A stretch of DNA of 64,000 nt from Octopus sinensis (lineage: Eukaryota): assembly GCF_006345805.1 (NCBI RefSeq), contig NC_043004.1, forward strand, positions 41,044,001 through 41,108,000. Direction: 5' to 3'. The notes beneath the pieces are model-generated. The model saw nothing but the letters and a program-made list of their open reading frames with translations, was not told the DNA's origin and made no database searches. Position 1 is the stretch's first letter, and each line of letters opens with the position of its first letter. A program made the translations under genes and the position numbers. Positions 1-12,358 of the stretch are shown in pieces.

Positions 1-37
1 TATATATATGTATATATATATATATTATCTGTGCATT

Positions 38-980
38 ATGTGGTCGGTTGAGCTGAAAATATGCACACCTATGTTAAAAGTGCTGGCGAGTTTGCATGGC
101 ACCTATTTATCTCTCAAATGAAAGGCGTGACCTCTAGGACAAAATTCCTCATCTTTTAAAATGTGGCCCAATTAGACTCGAATGAAATTGGGTTATATTA
201 ACCAAACAAGTAAGACAATAAAAAACTATGCCATTTTAATCCCAAGCAAGGCCGGGTATCTCTGTAGGTCTACTACATATTTGTGAAAAGGGCAGACGTT
301 GTCTCACAAGCAGTTATACAGGCAAAAGTGTTAGTAAATATGGTCGGATTCAGCTGAAAATTTGCACACCTATGTTAAAAGTCTTTGAGTTTGCTCAATT
401 GAAAGGTGTGACCTCTAGGGCAAAATTCCTCATCTTTAAAGTGTGGCCCACGTAGACCCAAATGAAATCGAGTTATAATACCGAAACAAATAAAACAATG
501 ATAAACTATTTTAATCCCGAGCAAGACCAGGTTTCTCTGCTATCTATATATATAAAAGAGGCTTTGGGTTAAAATTGTGCGCAAAATTGTGTGCACATTT
601 TGCTATGTCAGAGGTTGGCGGGCAGACCAGTGGTCAGATCGAGCTGAAAATTGACACAGGCATAGAAGGCGTGATGAGGCAGAGAGCTGAGTAGATCAAA
701 ACCCACCATCTGGTAAGATGCGGTTGCTATGGTGAGAAGATTCAAGGGAATTCTAAGCCCCTCGAGATTAGTGCAATTGGCATCTAATCCTATCCATAAA
801 ATGAAGAAGGCGAACGTTGATACAAATTGGATCTTTATGTAAATGGGGATTAAGATTTACAGGAGGGGGTAACTTGAGGTGAGAAATTGATTAGGACACG
901 TTTTGGGGCGCTATAGTGGTTGCTTTGGTGTGAAAATGGGGATTTTATTGATTTTTGGAGACACCTGGGGGTCTAGATTG
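38..980. repeat. Degenerate tandem copies (~300-bp period) of a non-autonomous Helitron-like repeat
   Basis: The block tggtcggNtNNagctgaaaatNtgcacacc recurs near 40, 340 and 630; 38-260 and 340-545 are clearly similar. Units end in gcaaggccgggtatctctg(c)ta and the next begins tctatatatataaaag, resembling Helitron-type ends. Confidence 0.45.
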
Positions 981-1889
981 GACACCTTTTGCCCGATTTC
1001 AATCAAATTTTCAACATGGTAAAGTGGAAGTGGATTTGTAATTTAAGTGCAGAAAATGGGTTCAAAATTTTGAAAATTATGGCAAGATTTTTGAAGTTGA
1101 AAAAAACTTCTCATTTTTACGTATTTTTGCCTTTTATTTTTTATTGTTTAGTTTTCATTTTCTCTGAAAGCCCGTTTTTAGAGCTTTCATTTGCATGGTT
1201 AATCGTCGAAAAATTTCCAAAATAAGTACTAAATTTAACAAAGAAATCCTTTTTTTCCTTATTTTTAATCACTCAAATAGTAGCAAGTACAAAAGGTTAG
1301 TGTGCTTTCCTTTGTCACTGCCTGATATTTATGATTGATCTAGAGATAGATAGAGAAAGATAAAGAGTGGCAAAGTGAGAAAGGAGAGAGAAACACTAAG
1401 GAAGAATGTGGCGATAAGAAACAGAAAGTAAGCAAAAGAAACAACCACACCCTCACCCATGCGTAGAGCAGGTTACCTTAAGCTAGTCTTACATATTAAA
1501 ACTGAAAATGTGTTTGTGTATCGGTATGTCTTTGTTTTGTGCCAAAACAGCTTGACCAATTTTTCTTAAACTTCACACGCACATTGCATATGTGTCTGGG
1601 GAGGTTTTAAATATAAATTGATTTCGAAAAATATTTGGGTAAACGGTGAAACAACAACATTTGGGTGCAGTTGAACAGTGGTTGTAATTATTTTTAAGCT
1701 TCCAAGGGAAATAACCCATTCCCTCCTTTGTAAATTATTTGGTAAAAATGAAATTGAGTATGGTTTCACCGATACAATATACAGCCTAGTGCTGATACAA
1801 TATACAACCTAGCGCTAATTGAGATTGAAAACAAGACTTTAGCTTTAGGCAGTCACATAATGACCACTTAAAAGCTTGCCCCACGCTGC

Positions 1890-2225
1890 AAAGCCTACTT
1901 CAAATGATCTCCCTTCTGAGATTGTTCGGAAAACATCTTATGATATATTACTGAACTATCCGCATATGTACAGATCAACGAGGCACTCCAGCCACTTGAC
2001 CAGAAGCATGCCTACGACACTATCGTTCAGCAAGTCCAGGGTCGTAAGGGTGGCAACAGCTGTGACAACTTTGGGCATAGCTGCTACTCTGCACCCTGGT
2101 GGTAGGACTGCACACTCTACGTTTAAGCATCCCCTTAACCTCGCAAGTTCACCAATGCCTGTTTGCAACCACAATGCTGATTGTTTGGGATGAATGCACA
2201 ATGGCTCACAAGGTTGCCCTTGAGG
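1890..2225 (+). pseudogene. Helitron Pif1-like helicase fragment
   Basis: ORF 1876-2193 contains VATAVTTLGIAATLHPGGRTAHSTFKHPLNL, matching the Helitron helicase motif VASSGIAATLLPGGRTAHSxFKxPL. Confidence 0.72.
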
Positions 2226-2233
2226 CATTAGAC

Positions 2234-2483
2234 GGTGTGGGATGACGTCAGCAGCTGGGGTTATCCGGAAGGAGCAGCCGTGAGGTGCGCGCAGCGAGCG
2301 GCGATATCGGCCTTACGAATGAGGGCCGTCGACGTGTTAAGACGTTGCTAAGGTTGGGTGAAGCAGCTGCTATCTTTAGCGTTCGGGTCGGGGCTGTGTT
2401 GAAGGATCCGTTACCACTGAAGAGTCTCCATCAGAGTGAAGAGAAGGTAGGTGCCTTTATATTCGAATCTTGCACACACTACA
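2234..2483 (+). mobile_element. Gypsy 5' LTR (5'-truncated)
   Basis: Homologous to 8590-8849, which follows an integrase end and purine tract. Ends in cacactACA directly before the gag ORF. Confidence 0.65.
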
Positions 2484-2518
2484 AGCTATTTCGGCATTCC
2501 ACATAAGTCGTCACCACG

Positions 2519-2998
2519 ATGTCTGCAAAAATTAGGATCGCCAGCGACATCATCAGACCCTTTAATGGTGAAGGCAATGTAGTGGCCTGGATTCATAAAG
2601 TCAGGCTGGTGGCAAGACTGCAAGGTATAAGCGATGTGGCAAGTCTTATGGCGCTGTATTTAGAAGGGAGTACGTTGATGCTATATCTTGAGATGGAGGA
2701 GGAGGAACGCCTGAGCGAGGAAAAGATAGAGCAACGTTTGCGGGATGCCTACACAGAATGTGAATACACAGCTTTTGCTAAGCTAGGTACGATCAGATGG
2801 ACAGGAGGACAGGTGGACGATTATGCGGCAGAAGTTAGAAGGTTAGCGACACCGGCTGGGTTTACGAGAGAAGGGCTGGAGAGAGCAGCGCGGCTGGCGT
2901 TTGTAAATGGGTTCCCCAACGATGTAGGGATTCACCGACGATTGCCCGGGATTAAAAAGATGGCGCTGAGCGAACATGTGACTCAGGCCCGCGTGTTG
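2519..2998 (+). pseudogene. Ty3/Gypsy gag fragment
   Basis: ORF 2519-3040 (IRPFNGEGNVVAWIHKVRLVARLQG...) is homologous to 16246-16700, which continues into zinc knuckles, protease and integrase. Truncated at ~2998. Confidence 0.75.
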
Positions 2999-4723
2999 AA
3001 AAAATTATTATTTAAGTTAAAAAATTATTTACTTTGCTAAAAAAATATTATTATTAAATATGTTGTATGATATGTATAGTATCGTCCGAGATTTCGATAC
3101 CACATATTCCTTCCTAAAGGAAAAGAAAGTTTTGAATGACGTATCTCCGCATTGTGTGCAATGCCAGAGAGAAATGACTCTCATAAAATACAACAAAGAA
3201 AAAATATTTCGCTGCCCAACACACAAAGGTGAAAAAGTATCTATTAGGAAGAAATCCTACCTGGAAAACCCTAAAATAAAATTACGTGACTTCATACATG
3301 TAACAGTTTTATGGAGTAACAACATACCAATATCATCAACAATAGAATTGACTGGATTGGCCAAAACTACTGTTATTCAGTGGTTTCAATACATGCGTGA
3401 CATCTGTAGTCACAATCTTGTCATTAACCCGTACCAAATTGGTGGGGTTGGGCACATCGTGGAAATTGATGAATCCATGATGTGCAAGAGAAAATATAAC
3501 AGAGGTAGGATGCCACAGGAGAGATGGGTTTTCGGAGGATGGGACAGAGAAGACAATAAAGGTTTTTTAGTGTTCGTACCTACACTGTCATAAAATTGCT
3601 ACAATGTCATAAAAAAGAAAATGAAGGTATGTACAACATATATTTCTGTTTATTCGTATAAATCATTGAAATTGTTGCACAGAAACGAATACACCAATCA
3701 TGCACTCTTTCTATATCACCCCACTCCATTTTTCGAACCGCAATTCGTTCAAAGAAAAAAAAAAAAAAAAATCCAATTCGCCAACCCCTTTTCTGAACCA
3801 AAATATGGGATTTGTAGCATATTAGGGTAAGGAGGTCAAAGTACTTGATTCCACGCAAAAAATCCGAATTTAAAAAAAAAAAATTTTCCCTTAGTGAAAA
3901 TTGCGACCATGTATGTTGAATATTTTAATCGTGTCCTAACAACTACATACAAAGAACTCAAACACACACACACAAACGTGTGTGTTTGTTATTAGTAAAA
4001 AGGGCGCCAAACAATATTCAGTTTCTCATTCGAACACATTTGCAAACACACCGACGGTCGAATTGCCATAACTCAACAGAAAAGGTGAATTGGTTTTTAA
4101 TTTATTTTCTGTCGCTAAATTTTGGTAGTGTACTTCAGTTGTCAATTGTTGAGCGGCAGGTTTGGTAGTCTTCAACTAACACTATCTCCTCCGAGACCCT
4201 GCAGCGCAAGTTGACCAAAATTGAGAGTATGATAGAAGAAGGGTTGCTCTTTCTTCCGTAGAAGATAAAATTCAAATTGGACCATGTTAACACCAAAAAT
4301 TATTTACATAAAAAAGCTGCTTTTTTCTATGAAAATCCCTATTTTATAACATTTTTTCACTGCTGTGTCGCCACACAGAAAAATGTTCACTTGAACACAA
4401 TAACAAACTACATAATGCAAAATTTTTACTTTTCGAAAATTCCAATTCCAGCAGGTCGAAACAAACCCGACCAACAAATTTTTTTTTTAAATTTTTCCTT
4501 GGGGGGGGGGGCCCTAACTGAACGACCACGTATGTTGAATATTTTAATCGTGTCCTTTAAACTGCTATAAGAAACATAAAATCCGAATTAAAAAAAAAAA
4601 ATTTCCTTAGTGAAATTGCAGGGGGTGGAACGCGCATGCGTGAATCACGCAAGTCACCTCGTAGGATCGAGTACCTACGTCTGGCTAGTGCGCAAACCGG
4701 GACCAGTCTACGATACTAGTACC
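2999..4723 (+). mobile_element. Merlin (IS1595/ISXO2-like) DNA transposon, right half, with transposase fragment 3060-3593
   Basis: The ORF has CxxC...CP, WFQYMRDIC and GGVGHIVEIDESMMCKRKYNRGR...WVFGG, typical of Merlin transposases. The terminus ...actagtacc (4723) reads GGTAC on the other strand. The left end is missing. Confidence 0.8.
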
Positions 4724-4900
4724 CTTCTGCCAACCTACATGGGGAGACAAACTGCTCGTGTAAGGGTGAAAGAAGTGCCACCTGAAGTTGATGCAAGGGA
4801 GGTGATGGCCGCCTTGTTGCATAACAGGACAGACAAAATCGCCTTCTTTCAGATCACACGCTCTGCCCCACGAAACTGGCTCGGGCAGAGCATTTCTGCC
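4724..4900 (+). pseudogene. Non-LTR retrotransposon ORF1-like fragment (type a)
   Basis: LLPTYMGRQTARVRVKEVPPEVDAREVMAAL resembles LMPNSLDKRIARIRVGRIPPSIEPEWII of the repeated ORF at 6335. The ORF1 assignment is inference. Confidence 0.45.
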
Positions 4901-6310
4901 ATTATTCAAGACGGCTTCAAGACAGCTGCGGGAACTCTGACCCAGATTCACGATTTGGAGGAGTCAGTGTGATGGCCGTTGGGGATCTCTATCAACTGCA
5001 ACCTGTAGGCCAGAATCACGTCTTTGGCTTCCTGAGAGACAACTACACCTGCTTCCATGGATCTCTGTAGGAGGAAAACTTCAAAGTGATGGAACTCACA
5101 GAGAGCATGCGACAAAAGGAAGATCAACGTTTGGCCCAATTATTGACGAGGGTCAGGACAGCTGCCTGCACGGAAGATGGTATAACCTTGCTTAAGACCA
5201 GAGTCATCACCAAAGAAGACACTGACTACCAAGTGAACGCCTTTCACGTGTTTAAGACGAACAAAGAGGTTGATGAACACAACACAGAACACCTCGAGCT
5301 GTTTCATCTGATTTATGACATCAAAGCTATCGACAAAAAGAAAGCCGTCCAGACTGGCCTTACTGATGTTCCCATTTACACGAAGGCATCAGATACTGGC
5401 AACCTCAGGGAAGTACTGTCTGTAGCAGTTAGCGCTAGAGTGATGATAACTGTCAACATAGACATCTCTGACAGTTTGGCAAATAGCGTCTGTGGTACAG
5501 TTGTCACGATTGACAACACTGGTAGTGACATCCATACAATCCTCATCAAATTTGACAGTGAATGGGTAGGTAAGCAGGCCATCGCTGACAGCCAGTACAA
5601 GAGGTCATTCCCGGGAGTAGTTCCCATCAAATGACTGGATGTTCAGCTCTATACCAGGAGGGGCAGACAATCTGTGGAAGCAAAGCGTTCGTAACTTCCT
5701 CTCTCACTGGCCTGGGGTTGCACCATATATAAAGACCAGGGCAAGACCATGGATAAGATTGTCGTTGCCATGCAAGGAAAAAGTTCCTTCATGCTTGGCC
5801 ATGCATATGTTGCCTTCAGTTGTGTCCAACACTTCAGTGGCCTCTTCTTGCTTGGATCTGATGCCACTGCAATCCGCACTAGTCCATCTGTTGTTCGTGA
5901 AATGGAGAGGCTTCGACGGCAAACGTTGTCTGAAACTTTGCCTTCTGCTGCTCCCACAGTTACTCATGGAGGACTGCAAATCAGACTGCTCAAAATCAGG
6001 TCCTTCTTTGAACATGAACAAGACTTGAAAGCAGATAACACTCTTCAAAATGTTGATGTAGTTTTTGTTTCGTGGAAGCGTTCTTGAAACAGAATCAACA
6101 AGTAGCATCCATCTTACTGCAGTCGAAGATCACTAGAACAACAGGCCTGCTGCACTGGGGTGTGGAGGTGGGGTGATGACTGTTGCCAAGAAGGAGATCG
6201 CCCCCACGGATAGACATTTCAATGTCAGTGGCTAGAGTACCCCACTGTCAGGGTGACCATCCCGTCAACAAAAATCAATTTACAGATCTCCTTCTGTACC
6301 AGTTGCTCCT
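4900..6310 (+). pseudogene. Helentron-type Pif1 helicase C-terminus plus AP-like (EEP) endonuclease fragment, copy 1
   Basis: Contains FGGVSVMAVGDLYQLQPV, MELTESMRQKED, ARVMITVNIDISDSLAN and [25 protein letters not shown]...HAYVAFS. This is followed by an EEP-like stretch (DR...GGGVMTVAK...GLEY). Frameshifted. Confidence 0.8.
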
Positions 6311-6334
6311 TTTCTGATACAGAAATATTACAGT

Positions 6335-6745
6335 ATGGTAGAAAAGGATGGGTCAAATATAAAAATGACTCTGCCACAGGAGGAAAAAGTTAAAATGGAA
6401 AAGAAGACCGTCATTTTCAGATCATTTTCAAATAAAAATAGACAAACTGAATACACACCGCAGGAAGAAATAGAAGAAATTTTGGAAGAACAGATAGGAA
6501 AGAGCATAACGTTCTTTACGAGAGGGAAGACATATGCGTCGATAGTGGTAACCCTTGTATCAGAAGAGGAGGCGGAAAATACCTCCAACAGGCTGATACA
6601 GGGAGAGAAATGGAATTTGATGCCAAACAGTTTGGACAAACGAATTGCCAGAATTAGGGTGGGAAGAATCCCACCATCGATAGAACCAGAGTGGATAATA
6701 GTGTCGATTTTTTATTCAGAGATGAGGAGAGGAGGGGAATGGTAA
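6335..6745 (+). pseudogene. Repeated 136-aa ORF, non-LTR ORF1/RRM-like fragment (type b), copy 1
   Basis: Near-identical ORFs at 9079, 11501 and 13857. The family assignment is tentative. Confidence 0.5.
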
Positions 6746-7190
6746 ACAAAATGGGAATGAAAGTCAATATACTGTGAAAAAACATTAAAAAGTGGGCGTT
6801 TTTTCAGACAAATTGGCGAGATTTTCTAATTTTGGGCAATGGAAAATTGAAAAAATTCACCATGGGTATGGTAAAGAGGTATATTTCCTTCATTTCAGTG
6901 ACATCTAGGGCGTTAATAGACAAATATTTCCAATGGTTACCTGTGTATCACAAATTTCCACTTTTAATCGCCTCAAGACACCTTTACTTATAAAAAAAGC
7001 TGTTGCCCTAATGACAAGTGAAAATGTCATCCCCGTAGACCCAGGAACAATGTGGTACCATCAAACTAAAGTTGGAGGGAAGTGGGTGCAACCAACTCAA
7101 TAAATAAGGCCCTTTTTGGATTTGGCCCACCGACTACATCTTTCAGCCCCAAAATGTTGAGCTGAAGCAATGACAATTGACCAAGGTTAA

Positions 7191-8188
7191 ACATACCTCG
7201 ACCGTGTCCTTGCCCCCCTAGTGGCGTCTCTTCCCTCCCACATCCACGACACCAACCATGCTCTCCGGCTTTTCAACTCTTTCTCCTTTCCTCCCGGCTC
7301 CTCCAAAATACTTTTTACTATGGACATCCAGAGCCTCTATACCGTCATCCCTCACCACAAAGGACTGCGGGCCCTTCAACACGTTCTCGACCTCTGCCTC
7401 AACCCCGAACCCGACACCTCCACACTCATTTGTCTGGCCGAACTTGTCCTTTCTCTCAACTGCTTCTCGTTCGCGGGCGAGTTCTACCAACAGGTCTCGG
7501 GAGTGGCCATGGGAACGCGAATGGGCCCCAACTATGCCAACCTGTTTGTTGGCTATGTTGAGCCCCAAATATTCTCTAATTTCACTGGTCCCACTCCCGA
7601 ACAATACGGTCGTTACATTGATGACATTATCGGTGCCACCTCACTCTCCCGTGAATATCTAGATTCCTTCCTCTCTTTCGTTCAATCCTTCCATCCTGCC
7701 CTCCACTATCTCCTACACCTCTGTCTCCTTCCTTGACATTTCGGTCAGCATTCATCACTCCACTCTTACCACCTCCATTCACTACAAACACACAGACTCA
7801 CACTCATACCTAAACTTCTCTTCCTCCCACCCCAAACACACCAAGCTTTCCATCCCCGATTCCTCCGTCTACGTAGGCTCTGTAGTGACAACCATGACTT
7901 TGAGACTCAGTCTCAACTCGTGGCTTGCCACTTCATCCTACGTGGATACCCCTCACCACTATCCACACCGCCCTCGCCAGAGCACGTTCCGTAGACCGTG
8001 CATCTACTCTCTCCCCCCGAACATGCCCTGTAGTCTCCCGCCTCCCCTCACTTACCACCCCACCACCCTACCTCTCCAACGCCCCATTCTTAGAGCTTTC
8101 CGGCATCTCCAGTCCGACCCGTCCACATCACACCTCTTCCCTAACCGAGCCCTCCCCTCCTTCAAACGAGCCCATAACCTACGAGACC
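7191..8188 (+). mobile_element. Penelope-like element (PLE-1) reverse transcriptase fragment, copy 1
   Basis: ILFTMDIQSLYTVIPH, YQQVSGVAMGTRMGPNYANLF and YGRYIDDIIG are PLE RT motifs. Frameshifted downstream. Confidence 0.88.
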
Positions 8189-8849
8189 AATCTGGACAAG
8201 CTGAGGAATCTGTGCCACAGAGAGCTGTATTCAAATATGAATGGAGGCACCCGAGCAAAGCGCCGGACGGTCACGAGAAAGAGAAGAGGCCCGTCTGCGT
8301 GAAAATAGGGGAGGAAGTCTGGGCTAAGCCACCAAAGGCGCGCTGTACGTCTCAATGGAGCAGAGGAATGGTGACGGCGGTCAATTCCAGAAACAACGTC
8401 TCCATGGATGGAATGCCACGACACGTCTTGGACCTTGGCAGGATTGTCGCTTCGACGGACGACGATTATGGAGAGGGGGAGAACGAGGTGTCCAGCTTGA
8501 GAAAATCTCGACGCTCAAGGTGCCCTCCCGGTTGGACGGTGGACTACGACATGGAGTAGAGAGATTGTGATCTTTAAGATCAGGGTGGCGTATGGGATGA
8601 CATCAGCAGCTGGGGACCGGAACTGGGGTCAACTGGAAGGGGCAGCCGTTAAGCGCGCAGCGAGCGCTGACCTCGGCGTTTCGAACGAGGGTTGTCGACG
8701 TGTGAAGACGTTGCTAAGGTTGGGTGAAGCAGCTGCTATCTTTAGTGTTTGGGTCGGGGCTGTGTCAAAGGATACATTACCACTGAAGGGTCTCCATCAG
8801 AGCGAAGAGAAGGTAAGTACCTTTATATTCGAATCTCACACACACTATA
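8187..8849 (+). mobile_element. Gypsy integrase C-terminus, polypurine tract and 3' LTR (8566-8849)
   Basis: Matches 18358-18570 (SGQAEESVPQRAVFKYE...VWxKPPKARC). The stop at 8559 sits in a purine-rich ggagtagagaga tract, followed by TG...ctata LTR homologous to 2234-2483. Confidence 0.75.
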
Positions 8850-8890
8850 GACGGAACTTTACGAGACATAGAGGGAAGCCACAAATAGAT

Positions 8891-9053
8891 ATACTTTTTA
8901 CTATGGACATCCAGAGCCTCTATACCGTCATGCCTCACCATGAAGGACTGCGGGCCCTTCAACACTTTCTCGACCTCTGCCTCAACCCCGAACCCGACAC
9001 CTCCACACTCATTCGTCTGGCCGAACTTGTCCTTTCTCTCAACTGCTTCTGGG
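8891..9053 (+). mobile_element. Short PLE-1 RT fragment
   Basis: Near-identical to 7308-7470 (ILFTMDIQSL...LSLNCF). Confidence 0.8.
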
Positions 9054-9065
9054 GACTTTAGACGA

Positions 9066-9429
9066 AGAAAAAGTTAAAATGGAAAAGAAGACCGTCATTT
9101 TCAGATCATTTTCAAATAAAAATAGACAAACTGAATACACACCGCAGGAAGAAATAGAAGAAATTTTGGAAGAACAGATAGGGAACAGCATAACGTTCTT
9201 TACGAGAGGGAAGAGATATGCGTCGATAGTGGTAACCCTTGTATCAGAAGAGGAGGCGGAAAATACCTCCAACAGGCTGATACAGGGAGAGAAATGGATT
9301 TTGATGCCAAACAGTTTGGACAAACGAATTGCCAGAATTAGGGTGGGAAGAATCCCACCATCGATAGAACCAGAGTGGATAATAGCGTCGATTTTTTATT
9401 CAGAGATGAGGAGAGGAGGGGAATGGTAA
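9066..9429 (+). pseudogene. ORF1-like repeat, copy 2 (5'-truncated)
   Basis: ORF 9079-9429 is near-identical to 6395-6745. Confidence 0.5.
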
Positions 9430-9876
9430 ACAAAATGGGAATGAAAGTCAATATACTGTGAAAAAACATTAAAAAATGGGCGTTTTTTCAGACAAATTGG
9501 CGAGATTTTCTAATTTTGGGCAATGGAAAATGAAAAAAATTCACCATGGGTATGGTAAAGAGGTATATTTCCTTCATTTCAGTGACATCTAGGGCGTTAA
9601 TAGACAAATATTTCCAATGGTTACCTGTGTATCACAAATTTCCACTTTTAATCGCCTCAAACTCACCTTTACTTATAAAAAAAGCTGTTGCCCTAATGAC
9701 AAGTGAAAATGTCATCCCCGTAGACCCAGGAACAATGTGGTACCATCAAACTAAAGTTGCAGGGAAGGGGGTGCAACCAACTCAATAAATAAGGCCCTTT
9801 TTGGATTTGGCCTACCGACTACATCTTTCAGCCACAAAATGTTGAGCTGAAGCAATGACAATTGACCAAGGTTAAA

Positions 9877-10587
9877 CATACCTCGACCGTGTCCTTGCCC
9901 CCCTAGTGGCGTCTCTTCCCTCCCACATCCACGACACCAACCATGCTCTCCGGCTTTTCAACTCTTTCTCCTTTCCTCCAAAATACTTTTTACTATGGAC
10001 ATCCAGAGCCTCTATACCGTCATCCCTCACCATGAAGGACTGCGGGCCCTTCAACACTTTCTCGACCTCTGCCTCAACCCCGAACCCGACACCTCCACAC
10101 TCATTCGTCTGGCCGAACTTGTCCTTTCTCTCAACTGCTTCTCGTTCGCGGGCGAGTTCTATCAACATGTTCACGGGAGTGGCCATGCGAACACGAATGG
10201 GCCCCAACTATGCCAACCTGTTCATTGGCTATGTTGAGGCCCAAATATTCTCTAGTTTCACTGGTCCCACTCCCGAACTATACGGTCGTTACATTGACGA
10301 CATTATCGGTGCCACCTCACTCTCCCGTGAACATCTAGATTCCTTCCTCTCTTTCGTTCAATCCTTCCCTACATTTCACCTGCACTATCTCCAACACCTC
10401 GGTCTCCTTCCTCGACATTTCGGTCAGCATTCATCACTCCACTCTTACCACCTCCATTCACTACAAACACACAGACTCACACTCATACCTAAACTTCTCT
10501 TCCTCCCACCCCAAACACACCAAGCTTTCCATCCCCTATTCCCAATTCCTCCGTCTACGTAGGCTCTGTAGTGACGGCCATGACTTT
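9877..10587 (+). mobile_element. PLE-1 RT fragment, copy 2
   Basis: Same RT motifs as copy 1. Carries a 9-bp deletion (cggctcctc) shared with copy 4. Confidence 0.85.
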
Positions 10588-11480
10588 AGCAGTTAGCACT
10601 AGAGTGATGATAACTGTCAACATAGACTTCTCTGACAGTTCGGCAAATGGCGTCTGTGGTACAGTTGTCAGGATCGACAACACTGGTAGTGACATCCATA
10701 CAATCCTCATCAAATTTGACAGTGAATGGGTAGGTAAGCAGGCCATCGCTGACAGCCAGTACAAGAGGTCATTCCCGGGAGTAGTTCCCATCAAATGAAT
10801 GGATGTTCAGCTCTATACCAGGAGGGGTAGACAATCTGTGGAAGCAAAGCGTTCGTAATTTCCTGTCTCACTGGCCTGGGGTTGTACCATATATAAAGTC
10901 CAGGGCAAGACCATGGATAAGATTGTTGTTGCCATGCAAGGAAAAAGTTCCTTCATGCTTGGCCAGGCATATGTTGCCTTCAGTTGTGTCCAACACTTCA
11001 GTGGCCTCTTCTTGCTTGGATCTGATGCCACTGCAATCCGCACTAGTCCATCTGTTGTTCGTGAAATGGAGAGGCTTCGACGGCAAACGTTGTCTGAAAC
11101 TTTGCCTTCTGCTGCTCCCACAGTTATTGATGGAGGACTGCAGATTAGACTGCTCAAAATCAGGTCCTACTTTCAACATGAACAAGACTTGAAAGCAGAT
11201 AACACTCTTCAAAATATTGATATGTTTTTTGTTTCGTGGAAGCATTCTTGAAGCAGAATCAACAAGTAGCATCCATCTTACTGCAGTCGAAGATCACTAA
11301 AACAGACAGGCCTGCTGCACTGGGGTGTGGAGGTGGGGTGATGACTGTTGCCAAGCAAGAGATCGCCCCCACGGATAGACATTTCAATGTCAGTGGCTTA
11401 GAGTACCCCACTGTCAGGGTGACCATCCCGTCAACAAAAATCAATTTACAGATCTCCTTCTGTACCAGTTGCTCCTTTTC
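10587..11480 (+). pseudogene. Helentron Pif1/EEP fragment, copy 2
   Basis: Near-identical to 5423-6310 (offset ~5164 bp). Confidence 0.8.
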
Positions 11481-11500
11481 TGATACAGAAATATTACAGT

Positions 11501-11911
11501 ATGGTAGAAAAGGATGGGTCAAATATAAAAATGACTCTGCCACAGGAGGAAAAAGTTAAAATGGAAAAGAAGACCGTCATTTTCAGATCATTTTCAAATA
11601 AAAATAGACAAACTGAATACACACCGCAGGAAGAAATAGAAGAAATTTTGGAAGAACAGATAGGAAACAGCATAACGTTCTTTACGAGAGGGAAGAGATA
11701 TGCGTCGATAGTGGTAACCCTTGTATCAGAAGAGGAGGCGGAAGATACCTCCAACAGGCTGATACAGGGAGAGAAATGGATTTTGATGCCAAACAGTTTG
11801 GACAAACGAATTGCCAGAATTAGGGTGGGAAGAATCCCACCATCGATAGAACCAGAGTGGATAATAGCGTCGATTTTTTATTCAGAGAAGAGGAGAGGAG
11901 GGGAATGGTAA
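11501..11911 (+). pseudogene. ORF1-like repeat, copy 3
   Basis: 136-aa ORF near-identical to 6335-6745. Confidence 0.5.
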
Positions 11912-12358
11912 ACAAAATGGGAATGAAAGTCAATATACTGTGAAAAAACATTAAAAAATGGGCGTTTTTTCAGACAAATTGGCGAGATTTTCTAATTTTG
12001 GGCAATGGAAAATTTTTAAAATTCACCATGGGTATGGTAAAGAGGTATATTTCCTTCATTTCAGTGACATCAAGGGCGTTAATAGACAAATATTTCCAAT
12101 AGTTACCTGTGTATCACAAATTTCCACTTTTAATCGCCTCAAGACTCACCTTTACTTATAAAAGAAGCTGTTGCCCTAATGACAAGTGAAAATGTCATCC
12201 CCGTAGACCCAGGAACAATGTGGTACCATCAAACTAAAGTTGGAGGGAAGTGGGTGCAACCAACTCAATAAATAAGGCCCTTTTTGGATTTGGCCCACCA
12301 ACTACATCTTTCAGCCCCAAAATGTTGAGCTGAAGCAATGACAATTGACCAAGGTTAA

